A stretch of 64,000 nt of DNA from NCBI GenBank assembly GCA_963804645.1, contig CAWDRG010000018.1, positions 32,001-96,000 on the forward strand, written 5' to 3'. Positions within the stretch are counted from its first letter, which is position 1. Each line of letters starts with the position of its first letter. The notes beneath the pieces are model-generated. The model was not told the DNA's origin and ran no database searches. It saw nothing but the letters and a program-made list of their open reading frames with translations. This DNA comes from an uncultured Bacillota bacterium (GTDB lineage Bacteria > Sysuimicrobiota > Sysuimicrobiia > Sysuimicrobiales > Segetimicrobiaceae). Positions 49,830-61,203 of the stretch are shown piece by piece. Both the position numbers and the translations under genes were made by a program.

Positions 49830-51729
49830 TCATTGAACTACGTGGGTGCGGCGCGTCACGCGCTCGGCGCGTGGAGGTTATGGAACGCCTCGAACGTCGA
49901 GATCCACGATCGGTGGTCAACAAGCGGCGTGACGCACGGCGCGGTGAGATGCAATCGCTGGAACCGCTCGACGCCTCCGCACGAACGATCTTGCAGCTCG
50001 GCGTTCGACACGATCGTCTGGGCCCGCAGGGTATGTCTGCGGGAGACTCGCGGCGATCGCGGCCTTTGTGTACAGATCGGACGCAGGACTGTCGCGTCGG
50101 CCAAACACGTCCCGGGTGACCGTATGATCCGCTTGAGTGAACGTGAGCGCGGTGGCCTCATCACGCCGCGCCGGCTCGAATACGAGTCCCGGATCGCACC
50201 GGACTCCCGCGGCGGCAAGCGGGAGCCTCAATCGGGACCGGAAGCGTCCGGTGCGGTACACGGTCAGCACCGGATTGCGGGGCGCCGGAAACAGGACCGG
50301 AAAGTGCGCACCGGCAACGGCGACCCTCAGGCGATGCCCCGCTGGTATTTGGTATGACGTGGGCAAGCACGGGACCCGCATTCTCATAGACCCGTGCCGA
50401 CTGGAGCACCTCGCCGACGACGTGCGTCGGGCGAATCCATCCTTGACAGACTAAGGTCGAGACGCCCGTTGGCATCACGTCGCTCAACCACGCCACGAGC
50501 GGGAAGTCCGGTTGGTCCGCCGAGATGAAGACGATCAGCTCTGGGTCGCCGACGATCGAGACGTCGGCCGCGAGCGGCGGGTTGTATAGGTCAGCGGACC
50601 GTGGTCGTCCGGAGAGATGTCGGGAGGGGCGGCCGCTGTCGGAGTCGTCCAATCCCGAGGTAAGTGGGCGAGCCCCACGGTGGGGTCGACGCGGTAGGTG
50701 TCGGTGCCGTCCTGCGTCGGCGGTTCGGGCAGGAGTTCGCCGCCGGACTGTAGATAGTAGTCGCGGACCGCGGTGTGCGGGGGCGGCCATCCTGGCTCGT
50801 ATCGCCACCCCCCCGGGTGATGGTACAAGATGGCGGGCGGCTCGTGCATGACGCCGGTGTCGATGTGCTTCAGCCACTGGTCCCACCAGCGAGTCATTTC
50901 GTGCAGAAAGCCGATGGGGTGATGAGTGGCGCGGTCCGGATGCTCGTGTTTCCAGGGGCCGATCAGCACACGCTTCGGCGCCGAGATCGTGTTGTAGATG
51001 CGAAGGGTCTCACGCGGGTAGGCGTCATGCCATGCGGAGACCAGATACGTCGCGCCCGAGATCGCATCGACGTTGGCGCGCCACGTGCGCCACGTGGCCG
51101 GAGGGAGCCGATGCCAGGTGAACAGCCAGGGGTCGAGGCGCTCCAGCCGTTCGCGCCATAGCCGCATCCCGCGGTCTCCCCCGTCGACGCGAAGCGGCGG
51201 CAGGAGTTGATTCCCAAGCATGCGGAAGCCCCAGTCGAGTTCTGACCACAGCGCCCCTGGGCATTGGTGCGGGTAACACACCCCCGTAAACTCATCATCG
51301 GTGGGATGGATCGGGATGATCGCGTCGAGCGACCGGGGCCGCGTGGACCCGACGGACAGCGCCGTGTCTCCTCCGTAGGAGACGCCCCAGATCCGGTGCG
51401 CCCGCTGCACCACGGTTGCGCGGCCATCCATTCGAGCGCATCGCCGCGTCCCGTTGCTCCGGCGCGGAGAACGGGGGGTTCGGCATACTCTCGGACGCGC
51501 CGAACCCGCGCATATCCAACGTGAGACAGGCGTAACCGCGCCGGGCAAAAAAGAGTTGCGCGGCCTCGGTTGGCCCCCGACCGCCCGGTCCGCTTGAGGT
51601 ACGGCGTGTACGCAGGAGCGCCGGCACGGGTCCCGCGCCGACGGGAAGATAGAGATTGCCGGCGAGCCGCGTGCCATCGCGCATCGGAATCAGCACGTCG
51701 TGTACGACCTCAACCGCGTGTGCGTTCAC
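49830..51729 (-). pseudogene. CocE/NonD family hydrolase, frameshifted
   Basis: IPMRDGTRLA, RGYACLTLDMRGFGASE, WGVSYGG, IGPWKH, PAGHRLRVAV. Confidence 0.85.
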
Positions 51730-51791
51730 GAGATGGCGCTCCTCCCTTGGGCTGCGGCGGTGTGACCGGTCGGTCCGAGCCCCTGCGACGC

Positions 51792-53440
51792 TCAGGTGCG
51801 CGACATGAGCGACACGTCTGTCCACCACATGGAGTTGGAGACGACGCCGTGGAGATCCGCGCGATACGCGACGCGCTGAACGCCTTGTAGCAGCGGCACC
51901 CAGGGGCTGTCCTTCATGAGCTCCCGCTGGACCTGCTGATATAGGTCGGTCCGCTTCGCCGCGTCGACGGTTCGGATCGCCTGCGCGGTCATCTGGATCG
52001 TCCGGTTGTTGGGATAGTTCCACCCGAGCCGCTTTGACAGGGTGCCGCCCGGGATGTACAGCTCGAGCCAGTTGCTCGCGTCCGGGTAATCAGCCACGTA
52101 CTGCGAGATGACCATCTGGGCCTTTTGTGCCTTATATTTCGCGCTGAAGACGCTCGGGGCGAGCGGTTCAAGTGTGAGGCGGATTCCGATCTGCCCAAGA
52201 TCCGCCTGGACTTTCGCGGCGAGCACATCGCCTCCGACCGTTCCCGTCAAGGTGCTCGTCGAATAGCTCACGACCGCGTCGAAGCCGTTCGGATACCCGG
52301 CTTGGGCGAGCAGTTCCTTGGCCCGCCTGACGTCGGTCCTGATCCCGTCTCGCTGTGGATCCAGGACCCCGGCGAACCCGATCGGCACGATTGAGGGCGG
52401 TGTCACGGCACCCGGCACGAGACTCCGAAGGCCAGTGTAGTCGATGGCGTACCGAATGGCGTATCCAACGTCCGGCTTGACGAGTGCTTCGTGCACTTGG
52501 GGGACACGCGTGAGCCCCAGATACGGGAACCCAGCAAACAGCGTGGACGCGATCTTGACGTTCTGGTTGCTGTTGAGCTCGGCGAACTGCTCCGCCGCCA
52601 GGTTCGTCACGACATCCACGTCGCCGCGTTCGAGCAGCAGTTTGCCCGTAGCCGATTCCGGTACCGCCTTGTAGACGACTTCGTCAAACCAGCCAGGTCT
52701 CCACGAACCCGGAACGCGCTTGAGCGTCACTTGCGTGTCCCTGGTCCACCCGGTCATCACATACGGCCCCGTGCCGGCGGAGTTCGCGTTCAGCCACGCG
52801 TCGGCCGTGTCACTGCCGATCGTAGTCCCGCCCTTGGTCCTGAGGAACGTGCTGTCCAGGATCGACAGGTTGGTACTGATGAGCACCGCCAGATACGACA
52901 CGTCGGGGGCCTTCAAGCGAATCGTCACGGTTCGCGGATCCGGGGTCTCGATGGACTTGATGGGGTCGACCAGCCAGGCCGGGCTCGCGTTGACATTCCC
53001 GACCCGCAGCAGCGACCAGCGGACATCGGCCGAGGTCAACGGATTCCCGGTGACAAACTTCACGTTGGGGCGCAGCTTGAACGTCAGCGCGGAGGCGTCC
53101 GGAGCGATGGTCCATCCGGTGGCGAGCATGGGCGTGATCCGGTCGATGCCGCTCGGCGGGACCGTGACCAGGGAATCGTAACACGCCGGAAGATGAGATA
53201 CTGGAAGATCTCGTACGCGCGCGCCGGATCGGCGCTTGACAGCGTCATGGTATCGGCCACGACCAAGCGCTTGACGGGCGTCGCCGGGGCTTGTGCAAGG
53301 AACGGTGCGGCCACGGCGCGGCCGGTCGGCGCGAGTGCTCCTCCACCGAGCGCCCCCACACCGGCGAGGGCCGCGAGGCGGAGCACCTCCCGTCTGGACG
53401 TCCGTGCCAGGCGCTCAGATTCGCTCATGTCCCGTGCCAT
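51792..53440 (-). CDS. Dpp/Opp-type substrate-binding protein with Tat signal; frameshift near 53170
   Basis: SRREVL, LATGWT..TFKLR..KF..G.PLTSADV, GTGPY, AKELLAQAGYPNG. Confidence 0.85.
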
Positions 53441-53517
53441 CGCTATCCCCTCCTCCTGACGAAGTCTCGCCTCGTCTCGCGGACGGCGAGCTCAACTGGC
53501 TGTGCGCGTGTCATCGG

Positions 53518-54453
53518 TTAGCGCCGGAGTTGCTGCAGACGCGGATCCAAGGCGTCACGAAGCGCATCTCCGATGAGGTTGAAGGCCATCACCACGGTCA
53601 GGATCGCGAATCCCGGAAACGCCGCCAACCACCAGCGATCGAGCAGGTGCGCGCCTTCCGCCACCATCGAGCCCCATTCAGGCGTGGGCGGCCGGACGCC
53701 GAGCCCAAGAAACGACAGGGCGGCGGCGGCGGTGATGCCGCTGCCGACATCGATCGTCGCCAGTACGAGGACCGGCGTGTAGGCGTTCGGCAGCACGTGG
53801 CGGAACAGGATGCGGAGACGGCTCGCGCCGACCGCATATGCGGCGAGGACGTACTCGCGCTCCCGGACCGAAAGGGTCACGCTCCGCATCATCCGTGCGT
53901 AATACGGCCACCACACCACGACCAAGGCCAACACGACGTTCCGGAGATCCGGGCCCAGAGCCGCCGCGATCGCGAGGGCCAGGATGATCGGGGGGAAGGC
54001 CAGATGCGCGTCCGCGACGCGCATCGCGAGCTCGTCGACCCAGCCGCCACCGAAACCAGCCAGCGCTCCCAACGCGGTCCCGATCAACGCGGTCAATGCG
54101 ATGATCGTCAGCCCGACGGGAATAGAGATCCGACCGCCGTAGAGTACCCGTGAGAGGATGTCGCGCCCGAGCGTATCCGTCCCGAACGGATGGACGCCGT
54201 CCGGGGCATGGAGCCGTTCCGAAAAGTTCTGTTGCAACGGGCCGTCCTTCACCAGCATCGGGGCGCCCGCAAGCGCGACCAGCCAGGCCACGATGACGAG
54301 CACGCCAGCGGTCCCCAGCAGGTTGTGGCGCACACTTCGCGCGGCCCGACGTGCCCTCGATTTCGTTCGCCCGCGGCTCCGGGCCAGGCCGGCCGCGGCC
54401 GCAGGAACGCCCTGTGCACGCACATGCTCGGGCGCTCCGCCGTCCGGACTCAT
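53518..54453 (-). CDS. Dpp/Opp permease (DppC-like)
   Basis: HPFGTDTLGRDILSR, HVLPN, LSFLGLGV.PP.PEWG. Confidence 0.9.
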   Translation of the reverse strand: MSPDGGAPEHVRAQGVPAAAAGLARSRGRTKSRARRAARSVRHNLLGTAGVLVIVAWLVALAGAPMLVKDGPLQQNFSERLHAPDGVHPFGTDTLGRDILSRVLYGGRISIPVGLTIIALTALIGTALGALAGFGGGWVDELAMRVADAHLAFPPIILALAIAAALGPDLRNVVLALVVVWWPYYARMMRSVTLSVREREYVLAAYAVGASRLRILFRHVLPNAYTPVLVLATIDVGSGITAAAALSFLGLGVRPPTPEWGSMVAEGAHLLDRWWLAAFPGFAILTVVMAFNLIGDALRDALDPRLQQLRR

Positions 54454-55470
54454 GCAATGCGGATGCGCGGGTCGAGCATGAGCTGCAGGAGGTCGACGAT
54501 CAGGTTCACGCAGACATAGATCCCCGCGACGACGATCGCGACGCTCATGATCGCCGGGAAGTCGAGCGTCGTGGCGGACTGAAACGCATAGCGACCGACG
54601 CCCGGCCAGGCAAACACCGTCTCGATGATCACCGCGCCCGACAGCAGACTTCCGAACGCGAGGCCGATGTAGGCGGTCGTCGGGATCAACGCATTGCGGA
54701 GCGCGTGACGGTACAGGATCAGTCGCCTGCCGAGCCCCTTGGCCCGAGCCGTCCGGATGTATTCCTGCGCGATCACGTCGAGCACCGACGAGCGCGTGAT
54801 CCGGGCGATGAACGCCGTCTGCTGCAGTCCGAGGGTCAGCGCCGGTAGCGCGAGGTGCCCGAGCGCGTCCCAGAAGACGGCCGGGCGGCCTGCCAGCAGG
54901 GCGTCCACGGTGAGCAGGCCGGTCACGGCCGGCGGAGGCTGCAATGTCGCGCTGAGCCGACCCTCGGGGGACGGAAACCACCCCAGACGCCCGTAGAACA
55001 CGTACAGTGCCACCAACGCAAGCCAGAAGATCGGGGCAGAGCGCCGACCAGTGTGCAGACGCGCACCGCTCGGTCCAGAAGCCGCTCGTGATAGCCGCCG
55101 CCACCACGCCCAAGGGAATGCCGAGGAGCACGCTGAGCGCCATCGCCGCTAGCGCGAGCTCGATCGTGGCGGGCAGATACTCCTTGAGATCCTCGGCGAC
55201 CGGGCGCCGGCTTCGGATGGACACACCGAGATTGCCATGGATGATGAGCCCCATATACCGCATGTACTGCTCGTAGAGCGGTCGATCGAGCCCCCATTCC
55301 TCCTTGAATGCCTTCACGATCTTCGGGTCGTCGAGCGCCCTGTCGCTGAGATTTGCCACGATCGGGTCCGCGGGGACGAGGTGCGAGACGACAAACGCGA
55401 CGAGCGTGACGGCGAGTGCCAGCGGCACCATAAGGAGGATGCGCCGGACCACATACCGTTGGACGCTCAT
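54450..55470 (-). CDS. Dpp/Opp permease (DppB-like); frameshifts near 55020-55090
   Basis: GLDRPLYEQY, LPATIELA / EYIRTARAKGL, HALRNA, ETVFAWPGVG. Confidence 0.85.
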
Positions 55471-55507
55471 GCGCTACCGCGCCATCGGCCGGACTCGGTC
55501 GGCGACG

Positions 55508-56283
55508 TCAGATCCTGGGGCCATCGCCCGGGACGGCGCGTTCGTCATCCTCGGGCTCCCCGCGGGCCAGGAGCCCGGCGTAGCATCGGTAGATCTCCTG
55601 TGTATGCACCCGCACGGCAAGTGCCGCCGCGTCCTCGTTCTTGTCTTTCACACCCTGGAGTATGCGATCATGCCCCGTGGCGGCGATCACGTGGAGTTGT
55701 GCGTAGTGCCGCGACAGGCGGACTCGGAACGAACGCCCACACCTGCGCATCGAGCTTTTGGTACGTTGACACCAAGTATGGGTTCCCGGACAGCTCCACG
55801 ATGTAGCAGTGGAAGCGACTGTCAGCTTCAAGAAGGACGGAGACGGCACCGAGGGGATTTGGTCCGTACGCCAAGGTTTGTTCTGCCGTTTTCCACTCGG
55901 TGAGTATCTGCTCGGCATGGGCGAGGTCCGCGTCTGTCCGGCGTTGTGCGGCCAGGCGCGCCGAGTATCCTTCGACCGCCTCACACGCGTCAAAGAGCTG
56001 GCGAATACGTTCCTCGCCGACATCGATGACGAACGTGCCCTTTCGGGGCAAGATTTCGACCAGCCCCTCCTCAGACAGGCGCAGGATCGCCTGCATGATC
56101 GGGGTCGCACTCGTCTTCAACTGCTTCGCCAGATCTCGCACAACGAGTTGCGCGCCCGGCTTGAACTGGTGCGTGACGATCGCACCCCTCAGGCTCTGAT
56201 AGACGAGGTCTCGAATGCTGCTGGGGATAATTGGTTTCAGGGATGATGGCGGGTCGACGGTGCTTTCGCGTTGCAGATACCAT
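55508..56283 (-). pseudogene. GntR/FCD family regulator, frameshifted
   Basis: VRDLAKQLKTSATPIMQAILRLSEEGLVEILPRKGTFV; DSRFH..LSGNPYL. Confidence 0.8.
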
Positions 56284-56298
56284 ATTTGGCCGCACCCA

Positions 56299-56326
56299 CT
56301 GAAATTTCAGTTTGCTGAAATTTCTG
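56299..56326. promoter_or_regulatory. Tandem palindromic operator upstream of gntR
   Basis: CTGAAATTTCAG-tttg-CTGAAATTTCTG. Confidence 0.65.
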
Positions 56327-56542
56327 CTCTGACTTCCAAACTCCTGCAGGCAGCGGATCACACGAAGTATCGGTCTGGATCTTACGGAGCGTCATACCCG
56401 AGGCCGCCGGCCAGCCTCGCCGGCGGGGTTCCCGGTCCGGACCGGAATCCTAGCCTCAATCCAATCCAAACGGACAGGTTTTGCGTAGTTACTCATAGAA
56501 TTCCAGAGATTCGTGGGGGCATCCGAGTCCGGTGAGCGAACC

Positions 56543-57148
56543 ATGAGTGAGTGGCTGACCCTGGGCGAAGCCGCGCGGCTCCTCGGCGTTGATGAGACCA
56601 CCCTGCGGGGGTGGGCCGATGCTGGGAAGGTGCGCGTCTACCGGACGCCCGGGGGTCACCGCCGGTTCAACGCGTCCGATCTGGCCGGGCTCCTGAGCTC
56701 GCCGGAGCCGACTCCCGCCGGGGCGGATGCGCTGCGGGATAGCCTGCTTCCGTCGGAGCGCGGGGAGTCCGCCAGGGAGTGGATGACCTCGCGCCCCTGG
56801 TTCGCCGGGATCGACGCGGAAGCACGCGGACGGGCGCGCGCGCAGTGCGGCAAACTGATGGAGGCCCTTGCCACGTATCTAGAGGCGGATGACGCGTCCC
56901 GAGGCGGGCAGATGTCCAGCGCGCGCCTGATCGGGACCGAGCTCGGGCGGGAGGTCGCGCGCTGGGGCCTGACCCCGGCGCAGTCGACGGACGTGTTTCT
57001 GCACTTCAAGCGCGGCGTGACCGAGATGCTTGCGGCGTCGCGGCGCGGCGGATCCGGGCAGATTCGCTCGATGCGGGATGCCGACGCGTTTCTGGGGGAT
57101 GCGCTCCAAGCGATGATGGAGGCGTATGAGGAACGGCGTCCTGCGTAG
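56543..57148 (+). CDS. MerR/excisionase-like (BldC-type) HTH protein with helical C-terminal domain
   Basis: WLTLGEAARLLGVDETTLRGWADAGKVRVYRTPGGHRRF. Confidence 0.85.
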   Translation: MSEWLTLGEAARLLGVDETTLRGWADAGKVRVYRTPGGHRRFNASDLAGLLSSPEPTPAGADALRDSLLPSERGESAREWMTSRPWFAGIDAEARGRARAQCGKLMEALATYLEADDASRGGQMSSARLIGTELGREVARWGLTPAQSTDVFLHFKRGVTEMLAASRRGGSGQIRSMRDADAFLGDALQAMMEAYEERRPA

Positions 57149-57182
57149 GAGCAGCGGAGGGAGCGCACCGGGGGCAGCGCCA

Positions 57183-58430
57183 GTGACGCACGGCGTGCGG
57201 GAATACCTCGTCGTCGGCGTCAGCCACCGTACCGCGCACGTGGGCCTGCGCGAACGGTTCGCGGTGGACGCGGCCCGGCTGCCGGCCGTCCTCGACGCGA
57301 TCCGCGCCTGCGAGGGGATTGACGAGGCGGTGCTGCTCTCGACCTGCAATCGGGTGGAATGGTACCTCGCTGCGGAGCGCCCCGACGCGGCGGCCGCGGC
57401 GGCGACCGCCTTCTTCGGCGCGGCCGGGTCCGACGCGGAGTCCGCGGTGCGCGTTGCGGTCGGCGTGGACGCGGTGCGCCACGCGTTCCGCGTGGCCGGC
57501 GGGCTCGAATCGATGATCGTCGGCGAGTGCCAGATCCTCGGGCAGATGCGCGCGGGGTTCGGGGCGTCCCAGGCGGCCGGGTCTGTCGGCCCCTCGCTCG
57601 ACGCGCTGTTTCGGGCGGCGCTCGCGGCGGGGCGGCGCGTCCAGCGGGAGACGGAGCTTGGGCGCGGGGCGGCGTCGGTGCCGGCCGCGGCGGTGGCGCA
57701 CGCCCGGCGCCTGCTGGGTTCGCTCGCCGACCGCCGCGTCCTGGTGATCGGAGCCGGCAAGATGGGCGAGGTGACGGTGCGCGCGATGGTGGACGCGGGC
57801 GCGCGCGCCGTGGTCGTCGTGAACCGGACCGCGGAGGCGGCCCGCGACCTCGCCGCGATGTTCGGCGGCGCGGTGGCGCCGTTTGGCCAGCTCGCGGACG
57901 AGCTGGCGCGCGCCGACGTCGCGATCGTCAGCACCGGGGCCGGCAGCATTCTCCTCGATGCATCGACCGTGGCCGCGGCCGCGGCGGGACGGACCACGCC
58001 GCTCGTCATCGTGGACATCGCCGTCCCGCGGAACGTCGAGCCGGCGGCCGGCGCCATCCCCGGCGTGCACCTGTGCGACATCGACGACCTGATGGACACG
58101 CCGGACGGTGCCGGTCGCGACAGCCTGCGCCGCGCCGAGGCGCTCGTCGAAGACGACGTGCAGGGGTTTCTGCGCGCGCGCGCGGCGCGGGGCGCCGCGT
58201 CGGCGATCGCCGCCGCCCGCGCGGATGCCAACGCGATCCTCGAACAGGAGTGGGGCCGCGCGCGAGGGCGCCTGGCGTCGCTCACCCCCGAGGAAGCCGA
58301 GACGGTGCGGATGGTGCTGCAGCGCATCGTCAACAAGGTGCTCCACCGGCCGATCACCGCGCTGACCGCGGCCGCGGAGACGGGTCACCTCGCCGGCGGG
58401 CCTGCGGCCGATGCGGGGGAGGGCGGATGA
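57183..58430 (+). CDS. hemA: Glutamyl-tRNA reductase
   Basis: STCNRVE, GECQILGQ, GAGKMG, DIAVPRNV. Confidence 0.95.
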   Translation: MTHGVREYLVVGVSHRTAHVGLRERFAVDAARLPAVLDAIRACEGIDEAVLLSTCNRVEWYLAAERPDAAAAAATAFFGAAGSDAESAVRVAVGVDAVRHAFRVAGGLESMIVGECQILGQMRAGFGASQAAGSVGPSLDALFRAALAAGRRVQRETELGRGAASVPAAAVAHARRLLGSLADRRVLVIGAGKMGEVTVRAMVDAGARAVVVVNRTAEAARDLAAMFGGAVAPFGQLADELARADVAIVSTGAGSILLDASTVAAAAAGRTTPLVIVDIAVPRNVEPAAGAIPGVHLCDIDDLMDTPDGAGRDSLRRAEALVEDDVQGFLRARAARGAASAIAAARADANAILEQEWGRARGRLASLTPEEAETVRMVLQRIVNKVLHRPITALTAAAETGHLAGGPAADAGEGG

Positions 58431-59389
58431 CGGGCGTGCGCCTCCGCGTCGGGACGCGCGGAAGCCAGCTGGCGCTCCGGCAGACCGGCCTCGTTATCGA
58501 CGCCATCCGGCGCGTCGCGCCCGGGATCTCGCTCGAGACGACGATCGTCACGACGGCGGGCGACCGGGCGGTGGACGTGCCCCTCGAGCGCCTCGACGGC
58601 GTGGGATTCTTCGCGAAGGAACTTGAGGCGGCGCTGGTCGACGGGCGCTGCGATCTCGCAGTCCACAGCGCGAAGGATCTTCCGACGTCGCTGCATCCCG
58701 GGCTCATGCTCGGCGCGGTGCCGCGGCGGACGGAGCCGCGGGATGTCCTGATCTCGCGGGGCGGGGAGCGGCTCGGAGACCTGCCGCCGGGCGCCCGGGT
58801 GGGGACGAGCAGCCTGCGGCGCGCGGCGCAGCTCAGAGCGCACCGCCCGGATCTCCGGCCGGTGCCGATCCGCGGGAATCTCGACACGCGCCTCGCCAAG
58901 CTCGGGCGCGGTGAGTGCGAAGCGTTGTGTGTGGCGGGCGCGGGGTTGGTGCGCATGGGATGGCAGGACCGCATCACCGAGTGGCTCGCTCCCGCGGTCA
59001 TGCTGCCGGCGCCCGCGCAGGGCGCCCTCGCGGTGGAGATCCGCGGCGCCGACGTCGAGCTCGCTCAGCTGCTGCGGCCGCTGGATGACGCGGCGACGCG
59101 CGAGGCGGTGGCGGCGGAGCGGGCTTTCCTCGCGAGGCTCGAGAGCGGCTGCCGCGCACCCGCGGCCGCGCTCGCCGACGTGGGGCCGGGCGGACTCGTG
59201 CTCGAGGCGCTCGTCGCGCGCGAGGACGGGACCGCGGTGCGCCGCCACCGGAGCCGCGGTCCGCTGGGATCCGCGGAGTGGCTGGGCACGGCGGCGGCGG
59301 ACTATCTGCTGGCGCACGCGGGCGGCGTCCTCGCGTCGGTCCCGGACGCATCCCGCGCGCTCCCGGTCGGCGGGCCAGGCGCCCCGTGA
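58427..59389 (+). CDS. hemC: Hydroxymethylbilane synthase
   Basis: GTRGSQLA, VHSAKDLP, GTSSLRR, RGNLDTR, GCRAP. Confidence 0.95.
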   Translation: MTGVRLRVGTRGSQLALRQTGLVIDAIRRVAPGISLETTIVTTAGDRAVDVPLERLDGVGFFAKELEAALVDGRCDLAVHSAKDLPTSLHPGLMLGAVPRRTEPRDVLISRGGERLGDLPPGARVGTSSLRRAAQLRAHRPDLRPVPIRGNLDTRLAKLGRGECEALCVAGAGLVRMGWQDRITEWLAPAVMLPAPAQGALAVEIRGADVELAQLLRPLDDAATREAVAAERAFLARLESGCRAPAAALADVGPGGLVLEALVAREDGTAVRRHRSRGPLGSAEWLGTAAADYLLAHAGGVLASVPDASRALPVGGPGAP

Positions 59390-60195
59390 GCCGGTCGTCC
59401 GGCCCGCTCGCGGGCCGGCGGATCCTCATCACGCGCGCCCGCGCACAGGCGGGACCGCTGCGCGATCTGCTCGAGGCCGACGGGGCCGAGGTGCTGGAGT
59501 TTCCGACGATTCGGGTCGGACCGCCGGACGACCCCGGGCCGCTCGACCGCGCGCTCGCGGAGATCGACCGGTACGGGTGGATCGTGTTCACCAGCCGGAA
59601 CGCGGTGCAGGCGGTCTGCGACCGGTTGCGCGAGACAGGCCGCACGCCGTCGGCGCTCGGGGGCGCGAAGCTGGCGGCGATCGGGCCGGGCACGGCCGAG
59701 GCGCTGCGGTCCGCCGGGCTCTCCGTCGATCTGGCTCCTCGCGAGTACGTGGCGGAGGCGTTGGTGGACGCGTTTGGGGGGATCGCGCTGCGCGGCGTCG
59801 CGGTGCTGCTGCCGCGCGCGGCCAGCGCACGCGGGGTGCTTCCCGACGGCCTCCGCGCCCGGGGCGCGGCGGTCGAGGTCGTCGCTGCCTATCGGACCGA
59901 GGTCGAGCGGGATCACGCGCCGGAGGTCCGGCGGCGTCTCGTTGCACACCCGGTGGACGCGGTCACGTTTACGAGTTCGTCGACGGTGACCCACTTCGTG
60001 GAACTGCTGGGTAGCGAGGTGGACCGGGTGGTCGGGTCGGCGCTGGTCGTCTGCATCGGGCCGGTGACGGCGGCCACCGCGCGGGCGGAGGGGCTCCGCG
60101 TGTCGGTCGTCGCCACCGACTACACGATCCCGGGGCTCGTGGCGGCGCTGCGACGCGCGCTGGCCGGCACGGCCCGGACGTCCGCGGGCGGCTGA
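59386..60195 (+). CDS. hemD: Uroporphyrinogen-III synthase
   Basis: ILITR, FTSRNAV, IGPGTA, FTSSSTV, IGPVTA. Confidence 0.92.
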   Translation: MSRSSGPLAGRRILITRARAQAGPLRDLLEADGAEVLEFPTIRVGPPDDPGPLDRALAEIDRYGWIVFTSRNAVQAVCDRLRETGRTPSALGGAKLAAIGPGTAEALRSAGLSVDLAPREYVAEALVDAFGGIALRGVAVLLPRAASARGVLPDGLRARGAAVEVVAAYRTEVERDHAPEVRRRLVAHPVDAVTFTSSSTVTHFVELLGSEVDRVVGSALVVCIGPVTAATARAEGLRVSVVATDYTIPGLVAALRRALAGTARTSAGG

Positions 60196-60219
60196 CCGCC
60201 GGCCAAGGGGAGGAGAACG

Positions 60220-61203
60220 GTGATGTCGTTTCCGCGTTCCCGGCTGCGCCGCCTGCGGCGCACGCCGACGCTGCGGGCAATGGTGCGCGAGACGGTGCTC
60301 GAGCCGACCGATCTGATCGCGCCGCTGTTCATCAAGGAAGGGCTGTCCCGGCCCGTGCCGCTCGAGGCGCTGCCCGGGCAGCAGCAGCATACCCTCGGCA
60401 GCCTGGTCGAAGAGTGCGGGCGCCTTTTCGAGCACGGGGTGCCGGGGGTGATTCTCTTCGGCATCCCCGCGCTCAAAGACGAAGCCGGATCGGCCGCGTG
60501 GGATCCGGAGGGGATCGTCCAGCAGGCCGCCCGGCGCGTGCGGGCGGAGGTGGGCGACGGGCTCGCGCTGATCGCGGATCTGTGCCTGTGCGAGTACACC
60601 GCGCACGGACACTGCGGCGTGCTGCGGGGCGACGAGGTCGACAATGATGCGACGCTCGCCGCGTACGGGCGGATCGCGGCGTCCTACGCCGAGGCCGGGA
60701 TCGACATCGTGGCGCCGTCGGGCATGATGGACGGGCAGGTGGGAGCGATCCGCCGGGCCCTCGACGACGGCGGACGTCAGGAGGTCGCGATCCTGGCATA
60801 CGCCGCCAAGTACGCCTCGGCGTTCTTCGAGCCGTTCCGGCACGCCGCGGAGTCCGCGCCGCGATTTGGGGACCGGCGCGCGTATCAGATGGACCCCGCC
60901 AACGTCGAGGAGGCGCTGCGCGAGGTGCGCCTGGACATCGAGGAAGGCTGCGATCTCGTGATGGTCAAGCCCGCCCTGCCATACCTCGACGTGCTGAGCC
61001 GCGTCAAGGCCACGTTCGGGCTGCCGACCGCGGCCTACCACACGAGCGGGGAGTACGCCATGCTCAAGGCGGCCGCGGCACGGGGGTGGCTCGACGAGGA
61101 CCGGGCGATGCTCGAACTCCTCGTCGCGATCCGGCGCGCCGGCGCCGATCTGATCCTGACGTACTGCGCGGGAGCCGCCGCGGAACGGCTGCGCCGCGGA
61201 TGA
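60220..61203 (+). CDS. hemB: Porphobilinogen synthase
   Basis: DLCLCEYTAHGHCG, PSGMMDGQV, YQMDPAN, MVKPA. Confidence 0.95.
   Translation: MMSFPRSRLRRLRRTPTLRAMVRETVLEPTDLIAPLFIKEGLSRPVPLEALPGQQQHTLGSLVEECGRLFEHGVPGVILFGIPALKDEAGSAAWDPEGIVQQAARRVRAEVGDGLALIADLCLCEYTAHGHCGVLRGDEVDNDATLAAYGRIAASYAEAGIDIVAPSGMMDGQVGAIRRALDDGGRQEVAILAYAAKYASAFFEPFRHAAESAPRFGDRRAYQMDPANVEEALREVRLDIEEGCDLVMVKPALPYLDVLSRVKATFGLPTAAYHTSGEYAMLKAAAARGWLDEDRAMLELLVAIRRAGADLILTYCAGAAAERLRRG

Noticed and set aside
53518..55470. DppB-DppC fusion (650-aa ORF)
   Set aside because: Produced by frameshifts within dppB; dppC has its own ATG at 54453.
56543..57148. Prophage excisionase marking an island end
   Set aside because: No integrase or att repeat nearby; it has a long C-terminal domain and appears operonic with hemA.
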